Below are positions 11,828 to 23,930 of a DNA stretch of 37,100 nt, piece by piece. The notes under the pieces were generated by a model. The model was not told the origin of the DNA, did no database searches, and saw only the letters and a list, made by a program, of their open reading frames with translations. Position 1 is the first letter of the stretch; each line of letters starts with the position of its first letter. This DNA comes from Octopus sinensis (Eukaryota), in contig NW_021836869.1 of assembly GCF_006345805.1 (NCBI RefSeq), positions 1 to 37,100 of the forward strand, given 5' to 3'. The position numbers were made by a program, and so were the translations under genes.

Positions 11828-12249
11828 CAATAATAAATCTCTGAACGAGGTATAAACAGTAACTGCACGGCAATGTGAGGTATATTTGCCATCTCAATAT
11901 GGCTAACCACTAAGGGTGGGTGTTATTGTAGCTTGTAGCCCCAGGAGAACATCTCCTCCAGCTGGCTTTAGGCACACTGGTAAAACGATATAAGTATTTG
12001 CATTGGGACCCCTTTCATCGAAAACCGGTGATTGTCGTACGCTGATGACAGGTCAATACCTAGAAACTGCAGTCCGTGCGTATCACTTAGGTTGACGAGG
12101 GAAGGGTGACCTCTCTTTGCAAATACCATAAGGGCACAGAAAGTGTGCCTAAAGCCAGCTGGAGACGATGTTCTCCTGGGGCTACAAGCTACAGTAACAC
12201 ACACCCTTAGTGGTTAGCCATATTGAGATGGCAAATATACCTCACATAC
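11828..12249. mobile_element. inverted pLTR-like insertion (106-bp inverted arms) carrying a hammerhead ribozyme
   Basis: Arms at 11873-11978 and 12142-12247. Flanking direct repeat TAACCTTAA at 11819-11827 and 12250-12258. Hammerhead lies in the spacer. Confidence 0.8.
12028..12087 (+). ncRNA. type I hammerhead ribozyme, canonical core, predicted cleavage after GUC at 12074
   Basis: Stem I CGUACG/CGUGCG plus distal GUGAU/AUCAC. CUGAUGA at 12042-12048. Stem II AGGU-CAAU-ACCU with a C.A mismatch at its base. GAAAC at 12063-12067. Stem III AC-UGCA-GU is palindromic. Confidence 0.88.
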
Positions 12250-12439
12250 TAACCTTAATATGAAGGAAATTAATGTTATCCTCGTTGCTCAAAAATCCAT
12301 AATTAAGTTTAATAACAAATATTGAACTAGAAAAGATACACGAAATTGTTTTGATATCACAAAGGGCATCGCGAACTCGGCCCAAGTAACGGATTTCGTA
12401 GAGATTTATCTGTTATACGACTTGTATGATGAATTTTCT

Positions 12440-13052
12440 GAAAAAAATCAAACATCCAATCAACACCATGGTGTTTGGAGTGATCACTAGTGATGGGGAC
12501 GCTTTGTCTCCATTCATTTTCTCACACAGCCTCACACTCAACACGGAAGCCTACATCAAGTGCCTGGAGGAGGTAGTGCTGCCTTGGGTCAAGAGGGTGG
12601 CTGCTGGAAGACCCTATGTCTGGCAACAGGACTCTGCACCATGCCAGACAAGCAGGAGAACCCAGTCATGGCTGTCAGACAATTTCTGCAACCACATCAC
12701 CCCTAACATCTGGCCACCTAACTTCCCAGACTGCAACTCCTTTAATTATTATGTGTGGGGTGCAGTTGAGCGAGAGACCTACAAAACTCCTTGTAACACC
12801 AAAGAAGAACTGAAGGCAAGGATTATGGTAGCATTGACCAACTTAAACAAGGAAACCATCCAAAAGAGTTGCAAGAGATTCCGAAGTCATCTGGAGGCCA
12901 TGGTTGAAGCCAATGGCGATTTTATTGAATAAATTTGCTCTTTAGTATTTCAAGAAATTTTTAATGCAGTTTTGGTAAATATGACTGTTAAAACGAGATG
13001 TATCATTTTCATTTTTGCGTAATTGAGACGACAGTTTATTCACCGCATCCTG
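12440..13052 (+). mobile_element. 5'-truncated Tc1/mariner-superfamily DD37D (maT) transposon with right end
   Basis: MVFGVITSDG..YVWQQDSAP..WPPNFPDCNSFNYYVWG has 37 residues between the second D and the third catalytic position (here N, so inactive). Ends CACCGCATCCTG-TA. Confidence 0.88.
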
Positions 13053-13068
13053 TATATATACATATATA

Positions 13069-13581
13069 TCTCTATATATAAAACTGTAGTTGTGTGAGTG
13101 TCTGTCCCCTTCGATTTAGATTCCTAACTCCTCCCACATTTTGCGGTGCAGTTTAACCAAATTCGGGTATCTTATAGTCGTGATTCATATCGAGCCCGTC
13201 TGAGTATTAGCGCGCGTCTACGATGAGTCTACGATTTAAAAAATAATTTAACATCATTTTTTATTCCATTTTAATGCATAATTTTTCATGTGTCGATGGC
13301 GGCGGAGTTGGCGTCCATGGTCACACCTGCACCTGTTTGCTTCTCCCCCTTCTTCCCTCCCTCGTGAAGCTGTGGGGAAGGGAGTTTAAGGAAATCAACA
13401 TCGTAAAGCGTTGTCAAGGAGACCAGCGTTCTTTTAGAACAACGACTTCATGGCTTGAAGACACCAAAACAGAAATGGCTAAGAAAGCCCGAATTGGCAT
13501 CTATAAGGGAAGTAACTCTCTAAAAATGCTTATATAGTTATTTCCCTTACAAATCCGAGCAACGCCGGGCGATACTGCTAG
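13069..13581 (+). mobile_element. non-autonomous Helitron
   Basis: Begins A|TCTCTATATATAAAA. Ends with a GC-rich hairpin-like CCGAGCAACGCCGGGC then CTAG|T, i.e. an AT target with no TSD. Confidence 0.8.
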
Positions 13582-13597
13582 TTGTGTATAAATATGT

Positions 13598-14702
13598 ACC
13601 TGATATTTGTTGTAAGGCAAGATGTGTGAGAAGTTTTTGGCAACAGGGAGGGATGTATATTGGGCCTTTATGGACCAAGGGAAGGCTTATGACCATGAGG
13701 ATAGGGATGCAGTGTAACAGGTGTTGCGGTTGTATGGAGTACATGGTAGATTAAGAACTGTATATATTTCTTTACTACCCACAAGGGGCTAAACACAGAG
13801 GGGACAAACAAGGACAGACAATGGGATTAAGTCGATTATATCGACCCCAGTGCGTAACTGGTACTTAATTTATCGACACCGAAAGGATGAAAGGCAAAGT
13901 CGACCTCGGCGGAATTCGAACTCGGAACGTAACTACAGACGAAATACGGCTACGCATTTCGCCCGGCGTGCTTACGTTTCTGTATAGAGTTTCTATAGAG
14001 TTTCTATAGAGAAACTAGGGCGTGCGTTAGGGTGGGTGATGAAGTGATTGGTTTGATGTGAAAGTGGGGTTAAGACAGGGTAGTGTGATGTCTCCGGGGC
14101 TGCCCAATCTGCATATGGATGGGGTGGTAAGAGAGGTGAATGCTAGAAACTTTGGTAGAGGAGCCCAAATGGTGAGAAAATGGCAGGTGAGTCAGTTGTT
14201 GTTTGCTGATGATACAGCACAGGTGATGGATTCGGAAGAGCAACTGAGGAGACTGGTGGTAGAGTTTGGAAGAGTGTGTGAGAGGGGGAAATTGAAAGTG
14301 AATGTAGCTAAGAGTAAGGTGATGAGATGTTCGAGAGATGCAGCGGCTGGTAGGATGGATGTGAGTGTAAATGGTGAGATGTTAGAGGTGGGTATTTTTA
14401 AGTATCTGGGATCACATGTGACGGCGGATGGAGGGTGGGATATAGAGTGACGGTGGAGAGTAAGATACTTAGAGTTGTGAAAGGTATACTCTTTTACTTG
14501 TTTCAGTCATTTGACTGCGGCCATGTTGGAGCACCGCCTTTAGTCGAGCAAATCGACCCCGGGACTTATTCTTTGTAAGCCCAGTACTTATTCTATCGGT
14601 CTCTTTTTGCCGAACCACTAAGTGACGTAAACATACCAGCATCGGTTGTCAAGCAATACTAGGGGGACAAACACAAACACACACACACACATATATATAT
14701 AC

Positions 14703-14745
<43 letters not shown>

Positions 14746-15605
14746 TACGACAGGCTTCTTTCAGTTTCCGTCTACCAAATCCACTCACAAGGCATTGGTC
14801 GGCCCGGGGCTATAGCAGAAGACACTTGCCCAAGATGCCACGCAGTGGGACTGAACCCGGAACCATATGGTTGGTAAGCAAGCTACTTACCACACAGCCA
14901 TTCCTGCGCCTGTTGAGAGATAAAAGGTTGAGTATGGAAGCGGAAAAAGGTGTGATGAGGGCGTGATTGTGCCGACAATGTTATATGGTGCAGAGACGTG
15001 GGGTCGGAGAGAGGCGGAAAGGAGGCGACTAGGTGTGTTTGAGATATGATGTCTGAGGGCTATGGCTGGTGTGACACGGATGGACAGGATGAGGAATGAG
15101 GAGGTGCGACGGCGAGCAGGAACGAGAGAAAAACTAAAACAACCAAAATAATCTATGTTGAGGTGGTTTGGTCACATGGAGAGGATGGATGAGGAGCGGA
15201 TGGTAAGGAGTGTGATGAAGGCAGAAGTGGTAGGCAGCAGAACCAGAGGCAGACTTTGGTTTATTTGGATGGATGAAGTGAGGAAAGCTTTGGTGGTTAG
15301 AGGTGTTGGAGTGAGAGAGGCAAGGGAGTTTATAAATGATAGGAAAGCTTGGAGAGTGTTTGTGGATGGATGAGTGAACTAATATTGCTCAAAGAGATAC
15401 AACAACCAGCGTGTTGCGGCGGGGGTAAATCAGTATATGTTGTCGGGCCCCGCTGCTGATACCGGGAGTTGCTTTCTATACTTTGACCCAAGGATAAGGC
15501 GCGGCTCGCCTCTTTGAGCTGGGAAATGAATGGAGTTCATGGTGTGTGTCTTGTTGTAGATACCCCCACCCATGGGGTATTTAGGCCTTGGTAAATGAAC
15601 AAAAA
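13598..15605 (+). mobile_element. decayed RTE-clade LINE (RT domain to 3' end), interrupted by SINE B (13765-13982) and SINE A (14487-14908)
   Basis: Motifs VYWAFMD..AYD, VGLRQGSVMSP, LLFADDT, LKVNVAKSKVM, FKYLGS, IVPTMLYGAETW and LRWFGHMERM, with stops and frameshifts. Confidence 0.92.
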
Positions 15606-15779
15606 ATGAATATGTATATAGTATAGAAATATGTGTTTGTGTATATATTATATGTTACACAAATGTGTGTCTATATATATATATGTGTGTGTGTGTGTGA
15701 ATTTATTAAGTATGTATGCGTGTGTGAACACATACGGCTATAAATATATGCATTTATGCATACTCTCTCGCGCATATAG

Positions 15780-16226
15780 ATGTATTTTGTATGTATATAT
15801 TATGCATACATACATGTATAAGTGTATATATGTGTGTATATATGTATACATATATATATATATATATACATGTGTATATATATATATGTATGTATATATA
15901 TGTGTGTGTGTATATATTTGTGTATATATGTATATATATTTGTGTATATATATGTATATGTGTATATATTTGTGTATATGTGTATATATATGTATGTGTA
16001 TATATATATGTATGTGTATATATATATATATGTATATATGTGTGTGTGTGTATGTATATATGTGTGTGTGTGTATGTATATATATGTGTGTATATGTATA
16101 TATATATGTGTGTATGTGTGTATATGTATATATATGTGTGTGTATATGTATATATTTGTGTATATGTATATATATATGTGTGTATATATATGCATATGCA
16201 TATATATATATATGTGTGTGTGTGTT
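15780..16226. repeat. (TA/TG)n compound microsatellite
   Basis: Directly visible. Confidence 0.95.
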
Positions 16227-16439
16227 GTACACATTACTATACAGCTGCACGGGATTGCTTCGTCAGCGTTCCGTGACCGTTGGTCAATTCCCAGCAGACT
16301 TCCACAATCTTCGTAAATCTTCAATGTGGTCATGCTAATTCTATTTTCTCTTCATTAGCAGGACTGGTCATCACGATGGACACCGTGGTCATTATGGACG
16401 TGGCAGGTGAGAGGGGGGGTGGGAAGTGGTGTAAGGTTA

Positions 16440-17345
16440 GCGGTAGTAGTAGTAGTAGCTGCGCGAGTGCGTTGGTTGCGGTGTTGGTAGTAGTGGTGGT
16501 AGTGGTGATGCTGGTGTTGATTATGGTGGTGGCGGCGGTGATAGTGTTGATGGTAGTGGTGGTGGTGGTTGTGGTAGTGGTGGTGGTGGTGGTGATGCTG
16601 GTGTTGATTATGGTGGTGGCGGCGGTGATAGTGTTGATGGTAGTGGTGGTGGTGGTTGTAGTAGTAGTGGTGGTGGTGATGCTGGTGTTGATTATGGTGG
16701 TGGCGGCGGTGATAGTGTTGATGGTAGTGGTGGTGGTGGTGGTTGTGGTAGTGTAATAGTGATGGCGGTGGTGGTGATAGTGATGGTGGATAATGATGGC
16801 GGTGGTGGTGGGTGTTTTAGTAGTAGTGGTTGTTGCGGCTGTGGTGTTGGTAGTTGTGGTGATGGTAGTGGTAGGGGTTATTGTGGTAGTGGTTGTTGCG
16901 GTGATAATGTTGGTGGTAGTAGTAGTGGTGGTAGTAGTCGTGGTAACTGTTGTATTGGTAGTATTGGTGGCAGTGTTAGTGGTTATGATGATGGTGTTGA
17001 TAGTAGTGGTTGTGGCTGTAGTGATTGTGGTGATTGCAGTAGTGGTTGTAGTAGTGTACTTACAACAGTAGTTGTGATTGCGATGGTGCTCTTGATCGAT
17101 GTATTGGTGGTGAATTGCAGTGGTGGTTGTAGTGTTGGTGGTGAATATGGCAGAAGTAATAGTAGTGGTAGCAGTGAGTTGCGGTGGTGGTGGTGACGGT
17201 ACTGTAGATGGTGATTGTAATATTGGTGGTTGTGGTAGTGTTGATGTGTGTTGTAGTAGGACACATATATTGGTGGTAGTGGTGGTTGTAGTAGTAGTTA
17301 TAGTTGTAGTATATGTAGTAGTATAGTAGTTGTAGGTAGTAGTTT
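16440..17345. repeat. (GGT/AGT)n low-complexity tract with an ~85-bp triplication at 16500-16750
   Basis: GATGCTGGTGTTGATTATGGTGGTGGCGGCGGTGATAGTG occurs three times. Confidence 0.9.
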
Positions 17346-17545
17346 TGTATTGTTCCCCCTCTTCATCCTAAACCCTGGTGGGAAGTAAAAGATAGCATCA
17401 TCATCATCATCATTTCTATTCTGCCGAGGTCGGCTTTGCCTTTCATCGTTTCGGAGTCGATTAAATAAGTACCAGTTACACACTGGGGTCGATATAATCG
17501 ACTTTATCCCTTCTCCAAATTTCAGGCCTTGTGCCCACAGTAGAA

Positions 17546-17578
<33 letters not shown>

Positions 17579-18081
17579 GTTAAGGCGACGAGCTGGCAGA
17601 ATCGTTAGCACGCCGGACGAAATGCTTAGCAGTACTTTGCCCGTCTTTACTTTCTGAGTTCAAATTCCGCCGAGGTCGACTTTGCCTTTCATCCTTTCGG
17701 GGCCGATAAATTAAGTACCAGTTGCGTATTAGGGTCGATCTAGTCGACTGACCCCCTCCCCCCAAATTTTGGGCTTTGTGCCTAGAGTAGAAAAGATTAT
17801 TATTATTATTGTTTCTTTATTGCCCACAAGGGGCTAAACATAGAGGGGACAATGTTTAGCGAGCTGGTAGAATCATTAGCACGCCGGGCGAAATGCTTAG
17901 CGGTATTTTGTCCGTCTTTATGTTCAGAGTTCAATTTCCACGGAGGTCGATTTTGCCTTTCATTCTTTCGAGGTCGATAAATAATGTACCAGTGATGCAC
18001 TGGAGTCGATGTAATTGACTAATCCCCTCCCCTCAAATTTGGGACCTTGTGCTTTTACTAGAAAGGATTATTATTATTATT

Positions 18082-18628
18082 GAGTGAGAGAGTAACGCAT
18101 GCCATCAAAGTGACACTGGGGTAAAATATACGAAGCCCATTATACCCATCATGACTACTCAAGGGTACATCAGGCATATGCATCACAATCATATGTGCAC
18201 GACATGGTGATCTCATATCAAGATAAAATGCATATGACCTTGCAGGTGGGGCCCAGTTAGAATTTTCTTCAGGTCGAGTAGTCCATCCCACTCAAACGGT
18301 CCTTGAAAAAGGGCTGTTTAAGGATGTTGAATGAAACACCCATGTTTCCAGAGGTAAATTAATCAGACTCCAAAGAATTCCTTTCAACACATGGCTATGA
18401 TGCTCCCCTACTACATCTGCTCGTGATCAGAGATGCACATATCGTCAGCCACTAAGGGACATGCTCAACCGGTTAAGGTCAAACAACTGACAAGCAGATC
18501 TGTGGTATTGAGCAGAATATTTGCTGTAGTCCATCTTTTATACCAAGACAAAACAATGTACATGATAACACTTCCAATCAGTTAAGATCAAAAGCCACGA
18601 AAGCCACTGCCTGGTACTGTATCAGGGC

Positions 18629-18632
<4 letters not shown>
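18082..18632 (-). mobile_element. ~550-bp non-coding interspersed element embedded in (TAA)n
   Basis: Reverse complement of the copies at 24175-24735 and 25223-25782; flanked by ATT repeats on both sides. Strand assigned from the (AAT)n sense only. Confidence 0.8.
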
Positions 18633-18665
<33 letters not shown>

Positions 18666-18668
<3 letters not shown>

Positions 18669-19315
18669 TAGTTTTATTTTTATAGCGTGCTTTCACTTCA
18701 CTACCGAGCGCAGCTCTGTGTGCCTTGGGTATGTGCTGTGATTTGTTGTGATGCTCTGATGGTTATTGTATGGAAAGTGTTCTGCATAGGATGTGTGCAG
18801 TGCCTAGTAGTGCAATTTTCTGTATGTTATATGTGTTTGTAAGTCCTGGTGTTTTTGTTATGTATTTGTCTGAATATTTTTTTATCATGCCTAATGCACC
18901 TATTATGATAGGAATTGTTTCTGCTTTTAGATTCCACATTCTGGTTACCTCTATTTCCAGGTCTTTGTATTTTGAAAGTTTCTCCATTTCTTTTAGAGAC
19001 ACGTTATCATCTGCCGGTATTGATACATCAATTAGAAAGCATTTTTTTTTCTTCGTGATCTCTGACAACTATATCTGGCCTGTTGGCCTTAATTTCTCTA
19101 TCTGTGTGTATCGGCATATCCCAGAGTATGGTTGCTTTCTCGTTTTCTGTGACCTTTTCTGGTGTGTGCCTATACCATCTTTTTTATGTTGTTATTCCAT
19201 AATGTTGGCATAGCTTCCAATGTATGTAGGTTCTAACTCTGTCATGTCTGTGAATATATTCCTTCTTAGCCAGGACTGGGCAGCTAGAGATAATATGATT
19301 TATTGTTTCTTGTCC
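18666..19315 (-). mobile_element. 5'-truncated R4/Dong-like RLE non-LTR retrotransposon inserted in (TAA)n
   Basis: ETINHIISSCPVLAKKEYIHRHDRV (zinc-knuckle end plus RHD), ANRPDIVV..CFLIDVSIPADDN..KEMEKLSKYKDL (PD..D restriction-like endonuclease). One stop and one frameshift. ATT repeats on both flanks. Confidence 0.92.
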
Positions 19316-19671
19316 TATTATTATTATTATTAGTTGTAGTAGTAGTAGTAGTTTTGGTATTAGTGCTGATAGTGTTCCTGTTGTAGTTCCTAAGCTCTAG
19401 CTCATCTCTGATCCAGCAAACGTGTGGTCAAAGGCGTTCCAGCCGTGACCATCCTGTCCTTTTCTTATTATATGTTGGAAACCTAAACCCACAAGACCAC
19501 ATTGTCCACCAACGAAGACGCGTTTAACAGAGCAGGGTGTGATTTGAGGGAGATTTGGCTGCTGTTACTGACATGTTTGGCTACTTTGTAGGGGTTTCTT
19601 TCGTTAGCGCATATATATACGTGGCTGTGTGGTAAGAAGCTTGCTTCTCAACCACATGGTTCCAGGTTCAG

Positions 19672-20885
19672 TGGTGGTGATGCTGATGGAGATGTGATGA
19701 TGATGCTCATGATGATGATGATGCTCATGATGATGATGATGATGATGATGATGACCATGATGATAAAATGATGGGGATGGTGGTGAGAATTATGTTGATG
19801 ACAGTGATGGCACGGATGGAGATGTTGTGATAATGAAAATGACGACAATGATGATGATAAAGATGATGGTGATGATGATGATGATGCTGACGATGAAAAT
19901 GCATGAAGATTACGATGGTTATGATGATGATGATGATGATGACAATGATGACTATGATGATGATGATGATGATGATGAAAATGCATGAAGATTACGATGG
20001 TTATGATGATGATGATTATGATGACGATGATGATGATGATTATGATGAGGATGACGATGATGACGATGATGATGATGATGACTATGATGATGATGATGAA
20101 AATGCATGAAGATTACGATGGTTATGATGATGATGATGATGATGACTATGATGATGATGATAAAATGATGGGGATGGTGGTGAGAATTATGTTGATGACA
20201 GTGATGGCACGGATGGAGACGTGATAATGAAAATGACGACAATGATGATGATAAAGATGATGGTGATGATGATGACGATGAAAATGCATGAAGATTACGA
20301 TGGTTATGATAATCTGTGATGATGATGATGATGATGATGGCGATGGAGACATGATGATGATGATGATGATGATGCTCATGATGATGCAGATGATGATAAT
20401 GATAATGACGATAAAATGATGATGTTGATGACGATGATAACGATGATGATGATGATGATGATGATGATGTTGATGATGATGATGTTGATGATGATGATGA
20501 TGATGTTGATGATGATGATGATGATGATGTTGATGATGATGATGATAACGATGATGATGATGATGATGATGATGTGATGATGATGATGATGATGATGTTG
20601 ATGATGATGATGTTGATGATGATGTTGATGATGATGATGATAACGATGATGATGATGATGATGATGATGTTGATGTTGATGTTGATGTTGATGTTGATGT
20701 TGATGACGATGATAACGATGATGATGATGATGACGATGATCATAGAAATGATGGTGGTGGGGGTGATGTTGATGACGATGATGCTGATGATGAGACGATA
20801 TGATGACGATGATGACGATGACGATGATGACGACGACGACGACGATGATGAAGATGATGGCGGAGAAGATGGTGGCGGCGGCGGC
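19672..20885. repeat. (GAT)n tract with internal duplications (~19760-19920 repeated at ~20158-20308)
   Basis: GAAAATGCATGAAGATTACGATGGTTATGAT occurs four times. Confidence 0.92.
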
Positions 20886-21469
20886 GGCCGCAGCTCCAGT
20901 GACGGTATGTTAATATATATATATGTCCAGGCGGGCAGGCGGGGGGGGTGACAGGTTTTATTTCATTTTCCTGGTCAAGCGATCGATTCATTGATTAATC
21001 GATTACAAGGAAGCTTCTGGTGTGGTCTGGTGTGGTCTGGTCTGGTCTGGTCTGGTTCTGCCCAGAGAAAGTGGTGGCGGCTGCGGCCGTAGACGTGATG
21101 GCGGTAGTGGTGGTGGTGGTCGTGGTCGTGGCGGTGGTGGCGTGGGTGGGTGAGTTGGTGGGGGTGGTGTTGTGTCGTCCGAGTTTTGATGTGTGGACAT
21201 TATCACAGCCACTGATAGTCATTAGACACGGACGACTTAGGTGATGAGTACATGCAGGGTGGGGTTGGGGATTGGGAGAGGTGCGTGGTGGTGGTGGTTG
21301 TGGTGGTGGTGTTGGCGGGGGGGTAGGAATCGGTGGGAAGGTGGTAATGGCGGCGGTGGGGGAGGAGCGGTGAAGGTGTATGTGGCGGTGTGGAGGCGAG
21401 GTGTTGATGAGGGCAGTGAGTGATTAGTGAGGTGATGCCGACGGTATGTTTCCGTGTGTGGTGTGTGTG

Positions 21470-21516
<47 letters not shown>

Positions 21517-22127
21517 TCATACATGTGCATTTATATGTACGTACATGCCTGTCTGTCTGTGTGTCTATCTGTCTGTTTGTCTGTCTGTTTGTCTTACTGT
21601 CTATCTATCTATCTATCTATCTATCTTTCGGTCATTGGACTGTGGCCATACTGGAGCACCGCCTAGAAGTTTTTAGTCAAACACATTTCCTCCATTACTT
21701 CTCTTGTTATAAGTCTGGGCGAACCGCTAAGTCACGGAGTCGTGAACAGACCAACATCAGTTATCAAGTGGTGGTGGGGGACAAACACAGACATAAAGGC
21801 ACACACACACACACACACATACACGACGGGCTTCGTTCAGTTTCCATCAAGCTTTGGTTGGCTCCCAAGCTTATAGAAAATACTTGCCCAAGGTGGACTG
21901 AACCTGGAACCATGTGGTTGGGAAATAAACAGCTTACCACACTGCCCTGCTTATATATGTCTGTGGATGCGTGGTAAGAAGTCTGCATTCTAACCACATG
22001 GTTCCGGGTTCAGTCTCACTGCGTGGAACCTTGGGCAAGTATCTTCTACTATAGCCTCGGGCGCTGACCAAAGCTTTGTGAGTGGATTTGGTGGAGGGAA
22101 ACTGAAAGAAGCCCGTCGTATATATAG

Positions 22128-22303
22128 TTAATCCAAACAAGAAAACACAGAAAAAAACACAGCAACGCGAGGACGTGGAACAATTAAAGTATTATTTGAC
22201 GCTCAGGAAAGAAGGGAAGGAGGGTTTAACGTTTCGAGCGGAGCTCTTCGTCGGAAACAAGGAGAAGGAAAGATCCCGAGAAGGGAAGACAGAGGAAAAA
22301 AAT
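22128..22303 (-). mobile_element. short hammerhead-bearing element (putative PLE pLTR-derived or retrozyme-like) in TA-rich context
   Basis: Same layout as 32962-33174 and 33320-33431: pyrimidine-rich leader, hammerhead, TTCCTGAGYGYCA..TAATAC, TTCCAC. Confidence 0.72.
22224..22258 (-). ncRNA. minimal type I hammerhead ribozyme (U4C core variant)
   Basis: Minus strand GUUU-CCGACGA-A-GAGC-UCC-GCUC-GAAAC-GUU^AAAC. Stem I GUUU/AAAC, stem II GAGC/GCUC, loopless palindromic stem III ACGU. Confidence 0.78.
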
Positions 22304-22489
22304 ATTTTTGCTATATATATATATATATATTATATATATATATATATATATAGTTTGTTAAATAGATAGGAAAACAGATAATCAGATGAACAAAGAAAGA
22401 AATTAAGATAGAAAGGAAGGAAAGAAGAAAAATAGGTAATTAGGTATATAGATAGAAAGATAGATATATTGATAAGATAATTAGATGTA

Positions 22490-22670
22490 TACCGTATTTT
22501 AACGTGTATAAGGAACCCTTTTTTGTCAAAAATTAGGTTTAAAAAATATGGGAGTTCCTTATACATGGATAATATTATAATACCTTACAAACCCTTTTTT
22601 TTCCCCAAATTTTAAGACCCTCAAATTAGGGGATTCTTTATGCACGAGAATTCCTTGTTAAAATACGGTA
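22490..22670. mobile_element. small pogo/Tc1-type MITE
   Basis: Inverted termini TACCGTATTTTAAC (22490-22503) and GTTAAAATACGGTA (22657-22670), including terminal TA. Confidence 0.75.
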
Positions 22671-22674
22671 TATG

Positions 22675-23260
22675 CAGACAAATAGGGAGATCGATAGATA
22701 GGTAAATAGATAGATAGATTGATAGGTAGACTGATAGATAGATTGGTAGGTAGGTAGGTAGATTGATAGATAGGTAGGTAGGTAGATTGATTGATAGATA
22801 GATAGATAGATAGACAGATAGACGGACAGATAGATAGATATATAGATAGATAGATAGGTAGACAGATAGACGGACAGATAGATAGATAGATAGGTAGACA
22901 GATAGACGGACAGATAGATAGATAGGTAGACAGATAGACGGACAGACAGATAGATAGATAGATAGATAGACAGATAGACGGACAGATAGATAGGTAGACA
23001 GACAGACAGACAGACAGATAGATAGGTAGACAGATAGACGGACAGATAGATATATTGATAGATAGATATATAGATAGATAGAAATAGATAGATAGATAGA
23101 TTGATAGATAGAAATAGATAGATATATAGAAATAGATTGATAGATAGATATAGATAGACTGATAGATAGACAGATGAATGGATAAATGGATATAGATTTG
23201 GATGGATGAATGAATGGATAGATAGATAGACAGGCAGATAGACAAATCGATCATCGGATA
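22675..23260. repeat. (GATA/GACA)n microsatellite
   Basis: Directly visible. Confidence 0.95.
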
Positions 23261-23629
23261 GTTAAATGTATAGAAAGACAGTCAGTTGCCGAAAGAAAGA
23301 AAGGCAGACGACGGTGGTCAGTGTGACGGAGGGTGTAAGCTCAACGAAGCATACAAAAATGAAGTCATGTGGCCCCAAGTGTAACGAAGTGTGCTGAAAT
23401 GGAAAGATGATAAATTGCGATGTTGTTGTGTTTTTCTTGATGCTTAACCCCAGGTTTACCATGACGAGCAAGCAAAGGCTTTCCAACTGTGACCATTCCT
23501 CACATTTACTTACGTGCTGGGAGCCAAGAGTAATTTATTCCAACGTTCCCTTTTCTTAGACGCTCGAGTGTGGGTTTGAGAGAGCTGTGACTGCTATTTC
23601 TAGCAGGTGTAGATATCATGTAGAGGCTC

Positions 23630-23671
<42 letters not shown>

Positions 23672-23673
<2 letters not shown>

Positions 23674-23930
23674 CGCTGAACCTTCTTTCTGAGTTATATA
23701 GATTCATAGGGCCGATTTCCCGGGTTTTGTGGAGTATACACCTTTCTCCCTGGATGGGACGCCAGTCCGTCACAGGATTACTCATTCCTGCCAGCTGAGT
23801 GGACTGGAGCAGCGTAAAAGGAAATGTCTTGCTCAAGAGCACAGTGCATCGTCCTGTCCAGGAATCGAAACCGCCCGCAATCTTACGATCACGAATCCAA
23901 CACATTAACCACTAAATCACGCACCTCTAC
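23672..23930 (-). mobile_element. tRNA-derived SINE family D
   Basis: Minus-strand head GAGGTGCGTGATTTAGTGGTTAATGTGTTGG..GGTTTCGATTCC, then CTTGAGCAAGAC and CCTGTGACGGACTGGCGTCCCATCCAGGG (V-domain-like by recall). Confidence 0.7.

Larger units (their letters stand above)
11620..12425 (+). pseudogene. Penelope-like element reverse transcriptase fragment, split by an insertion at 11828-12249
   Basis: LWSNTEEAIKWFHNIENKVKYKFLQLDINNYYSSIN..ARKYINL continues after the insert as NLNMKEINVILVAQKSIIKFNNKY*TRKDTRNCFDITKGIANSAQVTDFVEIYLLYDL. This matches PLE RT motifs (FxxxDIxxxYPSI; W.KK..FDVTMGSxDGAExCELVGxYLL). Confidence 0.8.

Noticed and set aside
12320-12330. In-frame TGA in the Penelope RT as possible selenocysteine
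   Set aside because: It falls at the position of a normally conserved Trp in a decayed fragment; TGG>TGA mutation is simpler.
12426-12932. 168-aa ORF as an intact gene
   Set aside because: N-terminally truncated transposase whose start codons come from the junction with the PLE fragment; the third catalytic Asp is mutated.
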